The notes below the pieces were generated by a model. The model had not been told where the DNA came from and made no database searches. It saw nothing but the letters and a program-made list of their open reading frames with translations. 64,000 bases of DNA from Pseudogymnoascus verrucosus. Lineage: Eukaryota. A program made the position numbers and the translations under genes. Every line of letters begins with the position of its first letter. The stretch's first letter is position 1. Below are positions 1-10,710 of this stretch, piece after piece. The stretch lies in the NCBI GenBank assembly GCA_001662655.1, contig KV460209.1. The stretch is one strand, 5' to 3'.

Positions 1-479
1 TGCTATCGGCGGCCAAATACTTGTGCCAAGAATAATTGATAGGCACGGCGCGCTTCAGAGTTGTAGAGCAGTATTTGTCATACTAATGTTTCTTTACTAC
101 CTCTTGCCATTCACTGCTACTTGGAGTACCTAGACTGGTCTGCCGACAATGTTGATAATCCTCTGGGTGCATGCAGTGGCAAGTAGCCTGGCCACCACTT
201 GTTCATCAATTCTGTACGTTTGCCTCTCGGATTTGGGTTAACACTGACTTACCTACGTACAGCCTTAAAAGCACGGTGCCTTCGCCCATCTGCTTGGCGA
301 CAGTCAATGGAGCTTCTGCTTCGCTTGGATGCCTCGCACGAACTTTAGGACCTGCAGTCTCGGGGCCGCTGTTTCGATTTGGGCTCCAAATAGGTTATGT
401 TGGACTGCCGTTCTGGTTACTCGGTGTTGTTGCAGGTCTGGGAGGGATTGTTTCCTTGTATCTCGTCGACCACGCTTGA
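1..479 (+). pseudogene. 3' part of an MFS transporter gene with an in-frame stop (gene begins upstream of the window)
   Basis: Frame from nt 2 reads AIGGQILVPRIIDRHG...LPFTATWST*TGLPTMLIILW..., with TAG at 131-133. A GTACGT...CTGAC...CAG intron follows, then LATVNGASASLGCLARTLGPAVSG, a typical MFS C-terminal helix motif. Confidence 0.6.
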
Positions 480-724
480 GGTTTAGCTATGCTTTTTGTC
501 CTGTATAAAGATACCACAATGTTATATTTAGATTGAAAGGGCATTCGGACGTTTCATGTGTACGCTCAAGCTAGGGGAGGATAAAATACCTTTTCAGTAA
601 ACTTATAACGATGGCCATTATGGCCATGCTTGTGCGCAACAGTTCATTGCATCCAATGCCCCTATGTTAGAAAAACGAGTCTAACATACCATTATAACCC
701 TAATTTAAGCTCTCACACTACCCC

Positions 725-1932
725 TCACGCAGCCAGAGCCTCCCCAACAAGCTCCACAACCCTCTGCGAACACCCATACGATCCTTGATACCCCCACCCC
801 CCATGCCCATAGTTATGCACCACCCACACTGCATCCACCTTCTCCTTCTCAACCCTCACCCCCCCCTCCCTCACCGGCCTCAACCCAACTCCATGCCTAA
901 CGACACTCAACCCCTTTACGCCCTTCCCCCCCGCAAGCTCCGGACACACCTCAACAGCCCTCTTCATAATCCTCGCTGCAGTCTCCATATCCGGCGCGGC
1001 CTCCCAACTACCTACTATGTACGTCCCGCCGAGAACGGTGCCTCCACCAGCTGCGCGCTGCATTATGTAGCATAGCTCGTCTGGGCCGTCGTCGGTCCCT
1101 GATGTTGCGATCATGGGGGTAGCTTCATTCCTGACTACGACCGTTTGGCCACGCACTGGGACAACCTTGGCATCCATCACACCACCCAGCTTCGACGCGA
1201 GGAGGCCAGTGCAGTTTACCACGAGGTCCGCGGGTTTACCGGAGTGGTGTAGTGATGCTGCATCTGCAATGTGGGAAAGCTCCGCGCGGGATATGCGGGC
1301 ACCGTTTGCTAGGCATTGGCCAACTAGATAGGGGAGATAGATGGCGGTGTTGATACAGACCGAGGAATGGCGGAGGCCAGAGTCGTAGCCTGGGGGAAGC
1401 TCGGAGAGAGGGACGACGCGGTAGTCGGGGACTACGTCTTTGTACCAGGGGTTTAGGTCGGCGGACAAGCTCATAGCTGCACCGGACTCGAGGTCTTTGG
1501 TGCGGTTCAGGACTAGGGAATCTGGAGGGAGTTAGTTGGCGAGTAAGAATGGAGGGAGGGGGGGTTGCCTTGGAGGTGGATGCCTGATTCTGGGACGTCG
1601 TTGGCGAGGCGGTAGAGCTCGGGGAAGGTGTTTCTCTCCCAGGGACCCCTTTCATCGTTTGTGTGTCTGAATTGGGTCAGTGGCCATCAGATGGGGGAAG
1701 TAGTTGAGTCAGCTTACGGGGAAAAGTTGGCTCCAGCCCATGGGGAGGTATATTCGATGTCATAGTCACCGGGCATGTGTTTGGCTACGATCGTGACATT
1801 ATATGCGGGGTTCTTGGAGAGAAGGAGCGCAGTGGTGAGTCCAGAGACGCCAGCACTGTGGAATGTCAGGATAACTCCTTCCTCGTGTGGGGTTTATCAT
1901 AATACGCACCCGACAACTACGATGTTCGCCAT
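725..1932 (-). CDS. DAO1: D-amino acid oxidase (FAD-dependent), spliced
   Basis: Spliced N-terminus [17 protein letters not shown] (GxGxxG), then [27 protein letters not shown] and [15 protein letters not shown], all DAO signatures. Confidence 0.92.
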
Positions 1933-3506
1933 AGCTCAGATAGAGCAATAGAGTAAGTCTACGTTCTAAACTGACATTCACAGTAAATCGTAGATAGTTA
2001 TACTTAATGACTGCCACGCGGCGGGGTAAATGAGGAAGGTGCTTCAAGTTGGGTGCCTGTTATAAACTGTTTTGCTTAAGAGAAAGTATGTGGTACCTCT
2101 TCTCCCTCACTATTGTTCGGCGAAGTGGAAGTAGAGTTACCCCACCTCGGAGCACTACTAAATTATTGGGGAAACAGCCCCGCATACTCCGAAAAAAGGA
2201 GAGGGAATAAAGCACGTGATCTGGCTAATTTTGGGATGCCGATGACGTAGCAAATAGGATCCCGTTGCTCTTCAGCCTCGGACCAAAATAGCTCCTACGG
2301 CCAACGCAGCACCTCTAAGAAGCTCCAAGCTATTCATTTCTTAGAAACAGGACGGAAAATACTACTAATTCTACCTGCCTTCTCGACACGCGTTGAAAGG
2401 ACGTATGCAGATGGCCGCGACTGACCGAGACAGAACAAAGGAGGTGCACGTGAGGCTAGATAAGAACCCCGATAAGAATTTTCTGAAGGCGGTATGCGGG
2501 TTTCTTTCCGTGGTAGTGGAGCTTCTTGTTACCGTCAAACTTCCGAGACCCGTCTCATCCGCGAGTGCTTTGACTTACATCGGAGATGTATCAGTCCACT
2601 GTGGAGGAGTAGCCTGCCGGGGCAAAAAGGGGCTGGATGTCTCGGAAATTTGACAAAGGGCGTCGTTCCGCCAGGCTCTGTTTTCACATTTGGCGGCAAA
2701 TCAAGGATTGAAGAATGTTCAAAGAGAAAGGTTCAAGCAAGACACTAAACAGAAACTAGAATGCAAAAACAAAAACGGATGTGAGAGCTAGTTTGTCCGC
2801 TGGGCCTTTAGAGCCATTGTGAGTGGCGCTTGGAGAGACTTGGGAGGACTTAAGTGACAGGAAAAATGTGTTTAAAAAGTTGGACTTCTTTAGCCTTTGC
2901 ACACGTGAAGTTTGTCCCGGTGACATCTTCACACTGGGCGGCTCTCACCGGGTTCTGTCTCCTGACATGGACTCTGTTTCCTTAGATAGCATTCTCACAA
3001 ACCCCTCAAATAATCGCCGAGGTTGTTATATAATCCCCGAACATCTTCTCCAACGCAACAAAATCAATAGATTAATATTAAATGAAGACTCTCCGCCGCC
3101 CGTGATAAAATAATGCATATCGCTTACTAAGCCAACCCTGGTGGTTTTTCCGGCCAAAAAGGTGGTCAGTACGGGGTACTTTCGTTATTGTTGGTGCTAA
3201 AATGGTACTTGCGTACTAAAATGTGACGCGGTTCTACTCCTTGTCACGGAGCAGAAGCCCCCAAACTTGTGAGTTCACGACTCTAGAGCTTGGGAAATCG
3301 CTTTTTAGAACCTCCAACCCCTACGTACGACCTCTTTAGCCTCATTGTCGTTTGGACTGGACCATTTGAAAATATACCAACAGCACTTTTATATATTGAC
3401 ATCTTCAAAACCTCCCCCTTGATGCAGTCTTCCAACCACAACACCGCCGACCGTACCACTACTTCTTACTGCTCTGCTCGTATACACTGCTGTCTTGTTC
3501 ACCAAA

Positions 3507-5026
3507 ATGGCCAACAACCACGCGGGCGAGTTCCCGTTGTTGGCTGCCCACAACCTCTACGCCGCCGATATCAAAGGAGATGGTGGGTTTTAAAGCTGTA
3601 TAATTTATTGATCATTCATTAATTGCTAACTTTCTCCAGGTAACTGCCTCTTCAACGCCCTTTCCGACCAGCTCTATGGCGACCAGAGCGAGCACAACAA
3701 GATAAGAGCTCGCGTGATAGAATACATGCGGGAGCACGCCGTCTACTTCAAACAATTCATTGAGGTGCTTCCTGGTGGAGGGCAACGCCGAAACCCCAAG
3801 AGGAAGAATGCAAACGTATATTCGACGCCTACGACTTTCACTCCGCCAACACAGGAGGAAATCGACCGTGTGTTTGAGACACACCTGGGGTCCATGGCTA
3901 GGGGTGGAACCTATGGAGACAACATGGAGATATCGGCCTTTACTTCAGTCTACAAGGTCGACGTGAAGATATACCAGCGTGATTTCGCCTACATGATCAC
4001 CGCCCCAGACGATGGGACAGTCCATCCCGTCGCCCATATTGCGTATCACGTAAGTACCACCCGAGGAAGCCGGTCCTCCTCCCAAGCAGCCTTCCACTAA
4101 CAACCTCACAGACATGGCAACACTACTCCTCGATACGCAACACCGACGGCCCCTACACCGGCCTCCCCAATGTCCACGAAAAACCTCTCACCCCCGAAGA
4201 AGAAGCCGCCAACCAAGCCGCCGCCGCCCAGATGCCCCAGGTCTTCCCCTGGATGATAAATGTCGTTCAGCAATCCCTCCCCTACCTCACCGACGAAGAA
4301 ACAATCAAACGCATCCTCGAATCACACAAAGGCAACATCGACGCAGCTGTGTGCTCGCTCCTCGACGCCGAAGATGGCGCTAGCATCTCCTCGCAGGACG
4401 GCAGTGCCAGCACAGAACGTGACCCTGACTCTGACGACGAAGATCTCTCCGCACCGAATAAGAAGCAAGACCGCCGTATGAGCCGTGCCACGAAGGCCGT
4501 CCGCAAAGCAAAGGCTGAAGAACGTCTCGCCCAGGCCATCGAAGCAGCAGGCCTCGTGTCGGAAGCAGACACCACTGGTTCATCTGACCATGGCGTTCCA
4601 AGGGAATCCTCACCTACCGGCCCGCCGCGCAGGAAACTCATCCCAAAGTCCCGACTGAAGCACAAGACTGGCGAAGAAGGCACATCTGACTCCGCGTCAG
4701 GAACCTACTCGCCGTCCTGTTCATCAGTCGCGTCATCCGCATCCCCCAGCCGCTCGTCATCAATAGGCCCAATACTCGCACCAAAGAACAACATCAAGCT
4801 TGTCGTCAAGCCGCCCGCTGTCGTACCAAAACGTATCACAGCACGTGAACGTGGAGATCTCAAGAAAGCAGCACAAAAAGCAGCAAGGAAAGAGAGCAAA
4901 CGCGCAGCAGCAGCAGGCGCAGCAAACCGAGTGGATGTGAAGAGCGAAACACCCACATCTGCACCGGCGCACACACCATCACCGCCCACAGAACTGGGAA
5001 TGGGGATACGCACACTATATATCTGA
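3507..5026 (+). CDS. OTU-family cysteine protease (deubiquitinase) with CUE/UBA-like segment and disordered tail; 3 exons
   Basis: Cys box KGDG/NCLFNALSDQLYG spans intron 1. Also GTYGDNMEISAF and His box IAYH/TWQHYSSIR, followed by IKRILESHKGNIDAAVCSLL. Confidence 0.88.
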
Positions 5027-6064
5027 GGACATCATCCCACGCGCTGTCGGTCGCAGGGACATTTATAATATTCTTTCTTTCGTCGGTTTTGGATTTGGAG
5101 TTGCAAGATGGGGGTTGGCAGGCAAGCAGGCATAGCGAATTACCCCAACGGCTGGGGGAACATGGGTTTTTTACATCACAATCTGGGGCGTTTTTTTATT
5201 TACGGGTGAAACTGGGGGAAAGCATGAATTGAGCGAAAAGGTGCATTGGTGGTTGCAAGCATCTGGAATTGACATGAGCGAAAGACAGGGCATGAGCGGG
5301 GCAACGGATTTGCATTACGCCCTGGCCGAAATTACTTCAAAGGCGGGGGGGGGGCATTTGTTTTTTTAATTATTTTGGGATAACTTGGGGGGTTTGGTGA
5401 GCATAGAAGTGATGGCTTTGAAGAGCTCGGGACATCACGTGGGGTTTGGCGTTGGGGGTGAATCGTATAGAGGGGAGTTGGCGGGGTGAGGGAGGCTGCT
5501 GCGACGTATATTGAACAGTCGGTCAGTCGGTCGTTTGGAGAGTTGAGGTGTGAATACAGAGAGGGGGTGATACATGATACTTGGGGAGTATATAGCGAAC
5601 ATCAGCGATGAAGGAATGGAGATCTTTGATAACCGTGTATTTTTTTGTTGTCGGTTGACAGTGACGTATTTTCTATACTCTGAACGCGTGAACTCGTGAC
5701 TGTGATTTACTACCAACTTCCCTCTTCTGGCTGTACGATAAACGAATCGCATGAAGGGGGTTCTTATGGGATATAAGCTTCGACATGTACGATCTCGTCC
5801 GAGCCATGGCGGTGTTTCCTGGCCTTGACATCGGTAAAGTAATTGGGTAAAGAGCTTAGACGTCACTGCAGGAGCTATTCACAACGGCCATACATATATA
5901 TCACCACGGACAGCAGACACAAATTCAACAGAACGAATGTATTCCTTTCCCTCCAACTACCAGCAGCTGCAGCACCTTAAGTGCGCAAGCTATACCAGCT
6001 ATAATGTACCCCATCCATCCTCGCCTCCCCTATTCAACCCAAAAAACATACATCTCCACACCCT

Positions 6065-6618
6065 CTAAGCCGCAGCCGTTGGGCCCGCAAGCTTCTCAAT
6101 AGCCGCCAACAGCGCAGGTGGGTTCATGCCGACCACCTCTCCGACCTTCTCACCCTTCTTGAAGAGGATGAAGGTAGGCATGGCGCGAACGCCGAGCTCC
6201 TGGGCGACGTCGGGGACGTCATCGACATCGACCTTGATGAAGTGGGCGTTGGTGAATTGCTCGGAGTATCTGTGTTCACTAGTCAGCTCTGACATGGAGG
6301 TTATAATGGGGTCAGGAAAGCGTACTTGACGAGCGTAGGCGCGATGGCCTTGCAGGGGCCGCACCAGACGGCGAAGGCGTCGAGGACGACAATGTCGTGC
6401 TCCTTGAGGGCGGCCTGGAACTCGGCCTTGCTGTTGTGGGGGAGGCAATGATTAGCGCGTGTCCCTGATGCAACGGGGTGAAATTCGCGGAGGGGCAGGC
6501 GGAGAACTTACTTCTGAACGTTGTGGACACCCATGATTCTAGCTGTTGATGAAAAGGGTCGGAGAGTCTGTATACGCGGCGTCTTTAGCAGATTCCTCGA
6601 GATGGCGCGGGAGAACAT
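6065..6618 (-). CDS. TRX1: Thioredoxin, with an optional N-terminal mitochondrial presequence
   Basis: WCGPC at about 6351-6366, FIKVDVDD and VRAMPTF. Two introns. ATG at 6534 (MGVHNVQ) and an in-frame upstream ATG at 6618. Confidence 0.92.
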
Positions 6619-8127
6619 GAAAGATGGTTTAAAAAAGTATGTAGTGAGTGAGGAGGAGGAAGGGTTATATAGGAAGTGATAGATGGGTGATGGTGGTTGA
6701 TGGATTATGTGCTTTTGATGACGCTTTGCGCCGGACTTTGGGGATTTTGCAGCAGGTGTCGCCCGCACCGCACCGCGTCCGTTCGCTGCTTAGTGATCAA
6801 GACATGGCGGCGGCGGAGGTCGGCTCAGCGGGTAGCGAGGGCGTGCGAGAGGATTCCATCTTTTCACCGAAGGGATGGGATAGAGGTATGCTTACAAATA
6901 GATCTTTCAGAGAGAAATGTTCGAATAATCAAAGTTCGGAGTTTGAATTATGGAGGCGTTTGTGTTTTGTAGGTGGTTGAGGTATTTGGAAGGAGGGGTA
7001 GAGTGATGGGGGGTGGGATGGATGGAGGGGGGGCAGTTCGGGTACTTTGGTACTTTCTGATGAGTGAGCTTTTTTGCTTACGGAAGGTTAAAGGGCCAGA
7101 CCATGACGTGCTATTACCCGAGACAATGTTGGTCATGTGACTATTCCATATTTGTTCTTTCACAGCCACGTTCCAATAGCTGCCTCGTTATGCTGGCCGT
7201 GCACCACACCACGCAAGGGGTGGCGAAGCAAGCAGAATTTAGCGGATACGACAGGTACGAGAGACAGTTTAAGAATAGAAATAGAAATATAGAATAGCAT
7301 GGAAGAGGGGCACAGCATGTTGTGAGATTCAAAACAAAGTGGTATTGTACGACTCCAGCTACACGGGGCAATCCTCCTTGGGATCCCGGCCACACACATT
7401 GGCTCCTCTCTCAATAGCCCCCAGGGCAGCTACGGCGCTGGCACAGCACTGCCCCTTCTTCTATTATCCTCCCTCCCTTGATTCCCCTCCTCTCGTTCCA
7501 TGGCGACACCGCCGCCTCCTTTACACCAATCCCTGAGCTAAACAAGCACAATGTGCAAAGTACATCCGGATTCCCATACCTTCCCAACCTAATCCCAATC
7601 CCAATCCGATTCCAACAATACATGGTTTCCTGCCCAGGGCCCGCTAGACTTAAGGAGAGCATACAATGACATGATAGCAAAGAAGCAAGTAGTCCAGAAT
7701 CCAGTGATTTGATGTTCTGGCTGCCGCTGCTGTTGTGATGGTAAGAAATGTGTAATAGCAGGTGAAATCTATAAGCGGATATATCGGACAGTTAGACGAT
7801 AAAAGAAATTGCGCGGTGAAGCCCGTGTGGGTGTCGGTCGGCAGGTTGATATCAGTTTGATCGCTAGATGGAGATCGGACGACTCTGGGTGTGGTGTTGG
7901 ATGTGTGAGGAACTCGGTGACGTAGACGTAGCGGTAAATCAGGGGTCCGTAGACCCAGAAACAATATTTGTGAAATATTCAAACGAGTGTGGGCGCCTAT
8001 CGGCATCGGACATAGGAAATCGCAAAAAGAGTGTGGTGCTAGTCGTCGTCGTCATCAAGTCTCATCCATTCCAATCCTCATCCATCATCAGTCGTCTCCA
8101 AATCGAAACGATCCCCCCTATCCCAAC

Positions 8128-10710
8128 TCAGCCGATGCTCGTCCTCTTCGACTCTCCCGAAGCTCTCGGCTTAAGGTCCAGTAGCCTCGCGCTCCCGGCG
8201 CTGACGGCTCTCATATGTGCTTTCTTGTAATCGACGCTCGTTGCTCGCTCCAGACCGCCACCCCCAACCGGCGTCACTGGGGACTCAGCAGTCTCCGAGT
8301 CCTCGCCATCCTTGGGAGGCGAAAGCGGGCTGTCGAGCTTCCCGTCGTCGCCAGAATCGTAGTCCTGGAAATCGTTTAACCTGCCCTGCCTTGATGCGGC
8401 ACGGGGTTCGCGGTGAACGATCTTCGGTGTGCGGGCCACTTCGCCCCATTTGCTGCTTTTCGAAACGGGGCTTCCCAGGCTCTCGCCATCCTCTTCGTCG
8501 CTCGACGGCATGGGGTTGCCGCTGATGCGGTTGGCCATGTTCGACTTGTTATACATGTCATCTGGCCCCGGTGTCAGGCGGTTGTAGTATTCGTCTTCAG
8601 CTATGCCGAGCTCTTCTGCGGAATCGGAGAGGTCTCTGTATCGCTTCATGAGAGAGCTGTGGCTGTCTCTTGACTGCGTAAGGGGGATCTGGCGTGAGCT
8701 TCTCTTGGAGTTCGCTCTTGCGCGTCCAGATAGCCATGAGCCTTCGGAATCAATGGATGCTAAAGACTGTGATAAGGCGTTGAGCGGTTCTGGGGACGGC
8801 ATATCTGCGGGGTGTCCACGAGTAGGGGTCTCGTAGCGCAAATGAGTGCGGTGGCCACTCGATGTATCGAGCTGCATCTGTGATGAAGGTTCGGCTGACT
8901 TTCGACCACTGGTAATGTTCATCGGAAGCGACCTTTCAATCGGTTGTACTCGCATGATATCGAGTTCTGGAGACTGGACCCTGGAATATGGCGGTGACAT
9001 TGGCAGTTCCGGTAAGTCTTCCCTGAAACGTGACATAGTCCTCTTTGGTCCAGGTGGATGTACTATCGGAATAGCGTAGATAATCGTAGCTGGCGGGGGT
9101 GCCACTGTGGATTCGCGAGTTGTGTTCGAGAAAGACGATTGAATTGACGACCGCTTCTCCTTCGAGCTCCGCTTGAACCACGACTTCCATGACGACTGCT
9201 GCTTGCTGCTGCTTCTTCCAGTGTCGAAACTCGTCCTTGACGTGTCCTGCTTTGAGAGCTCCGCCGGGGTGTGTTCCACTTGTGGAATCGGCATGGGCAA
9301 TTCCGTCGCTTTCGGCGGTGTCGGCAGGTCGTTGATCTGCGATACGCTCGATGCATTCCGGTGGTGGCCAGCTTGTAGTGATGGCGGAGGAGACATGGTC
9401 GCCCGCGATAACCGAGCGATCTGAGCAGTTGCTAAGACTGGCTCCGATTGTTCGCTCCCTGGAGATTCCAGGTCTGGGCTGGGCGGGCTTCCATTTACTA
9501 GGATGCCAGCGGGAACGTTCTGCGCGGCGGTCTCTGGAGCTTCATTCCTAACATCCGCAGCACCATCGGTTGTCGTCACAGGTTCTGTCGATTGTTGCGC
9601 CGCAGCTTCCACCGGTGTTTGGCCTTCAATTCCAAGCCCCATTAATTCCCGTCCCATTACTCCCCGATCCATGTTCTTCGCCGGCTCGTTGCCATGGATG
9701 ATAGCCTGGTTTTCCTCGGCCTTTTGCCTCTCCTTTCGCCTTGCCACCCTCTGCGCCATCGCCTCTCGTTCAGAAGTCCTCTTCTGCTCCCTCCGCCTAT
9801 TATCCCTCTCCATCAGTTCTCTCAGAGCGCCTGCATCGAGATCATCGGCCAAGTCATCGATACGCTTCCGATAAGCCGGCTTTTCTTCGGGTACAGGTAC
9901 CTTTTCCAACGCCCTCTTCCTCTTCGAGGAGTTGGATCGCTCAATACCGACCCCACTTTCGTACTGCTTGAACTTTGGGTTTTCGCTGTACCTTATCGTA
10001 GGTCGCGGGGTAAATAAATCCATACCTTTCAGCTCGTACGAGGCGAATCGCTCAGAATCCGACGACATTGACGAGCGAAGCGAGTCTGGTATCGGCAATG
10101 AGACGTCTGATGTCGTGCTCGTAAATAATCTGTTGATACCATGTAACTTCTTCGTGTCTTTCCTTATCGGGCTTCCACTCCAGTCTGGTGTAGTCGCTGC
10201 GCGCACCGGAGTCGGCATGAACTTGCTCATGGCTTTGATTTCCGCCGCCCTATCGTGATCTTCCTTCCGCTTCTTGCTCGACTTCCGCCTGTTCAGGTCC
10301 TGCGCAGTTCGTTTATGGAGCGTCGGAACCCTTCCCATGTCTTCGGTTTGCGCTCTCCCGTTGGCAGCGAAAGCCGACCTTGCCACTATCGCAACGGCAT
10401 TATCGGGCAACGGCGGGTGTGCGCGGCCATCTCTTCGGACCCCAAGGTTCTCCGACCGACCCGGAGAGTAGCTGTAATTCCTCTTCGGCGGATCGCGTTG
10501 CAACTTCTTGCTTTCCCTCGACCTCCGTCGCCTCTCGCGCCCAGTTCTCTTTCGCGAAAGCTCTCCCGCGGCGCCAACTTCACTCCCATTCAGTCGCCCG
10601 GCCTCCCGCGACCTCACCCTGTCCATCGTCGTCGGTTCTGCCGCAGACGTCTTCAACCCCAGACTACTTTTCTTGCGACTATTCTTCCTCCCAAACGGCC
10701 AGATGGTCAT
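8128..10710 (-). CDS. 860-aa intrinsically disordered, S/R/P-rich hypothetical protein with a coiled-coil segment
   Basis: Single long ORF with low-complexity composition and a coiled-coil-like stretch ALRELMERDNRRREQKR. No recognisable catalytic motif. Confidence 0.8.
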   Translation of the reverse strand: MTIWPFGRKNSRKKSSLGLKTSAAEPTTMDRVRSREAGRLNGSEVGAAGELSRKRTGRERRRRSRESKKLQRDPPKRNYSYSPGRSENLGVRRDGRAHPPLPDNAVAIVARSAFAANGRAQTEDMGRVPTLHKRTAQDLNRRKSSKKRKEDHDRAAEIKAMSKFMPTPVRAATTPDWSGSPIRKDTKKLHGINRLFTSTTSDVSLPIPDSLRSSMSSDSERFASYELKGMDLFTPRPTIRYSENPKFKQYESGVGIERSNSSKRKRALEKVPVPEEKPAYRKRIDDLADDLDAGALRELMERDNRRREQKRTSEREAMAQRVARRKERQKAEENQAIIHGNEPAKNMDRGVMGRELMGLGIEGQTPVEAAAQQSTEPVTTTDGAADVRNEAPETAAQNVPAGILVNGSPPSPDLESPGSEQSEPVLATAQIARLSRATMSPPPSLQAGHHRNASSVSQINDLPTPPKATELPMPIPQVEHTPAELSKQDTSRTSFDTGRSSSKQQSSWKSWFKRSSKEKRSSIQSSFSNTTRESTVAPPPATIIYAIPIVHPPGPKRTMSRFREDLPELPMSPPYSRVQSPELDIMRVQPIERSLPMNITSGRKSAEPSSQMQLDTSSGHRTHLRYETPTRGHPADMPSPEPLNALSQSLASIDSEGSWLSGRARANSKRSSRQIPLTQSRDSHSSLMKRYRDLSDSAEELGIAEDEYYNRLTPGPDDMYNKSNMANRISGNPMPSSDEEDGESLGSPVSKSSKWGEVARTPKIVHREPRAASRQGRLNDFQDYDSGDDGKLDSPLSPPKDGEDSETAESPVTPVGGGGLERATSVDYKKAHMRAVSAGSARLLDLKPRASGESKRTSIG

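Noticed and set aside
700..727. Cryptic PTS1 on D-amino acid oxidase via stop read-through
   Set aside because: TGA is followed by GGG GTA GTG TGA. It lacks the TGA-CTA read-through context and no SKL-like end results.
2393..3113. Short ORFs with similar peptides (VPPGSVFTFGG / VCPGDIFTLGG)
   Set aside because: The similarity is too short and no coherent gene model emerges. It may be chance or an old relic.
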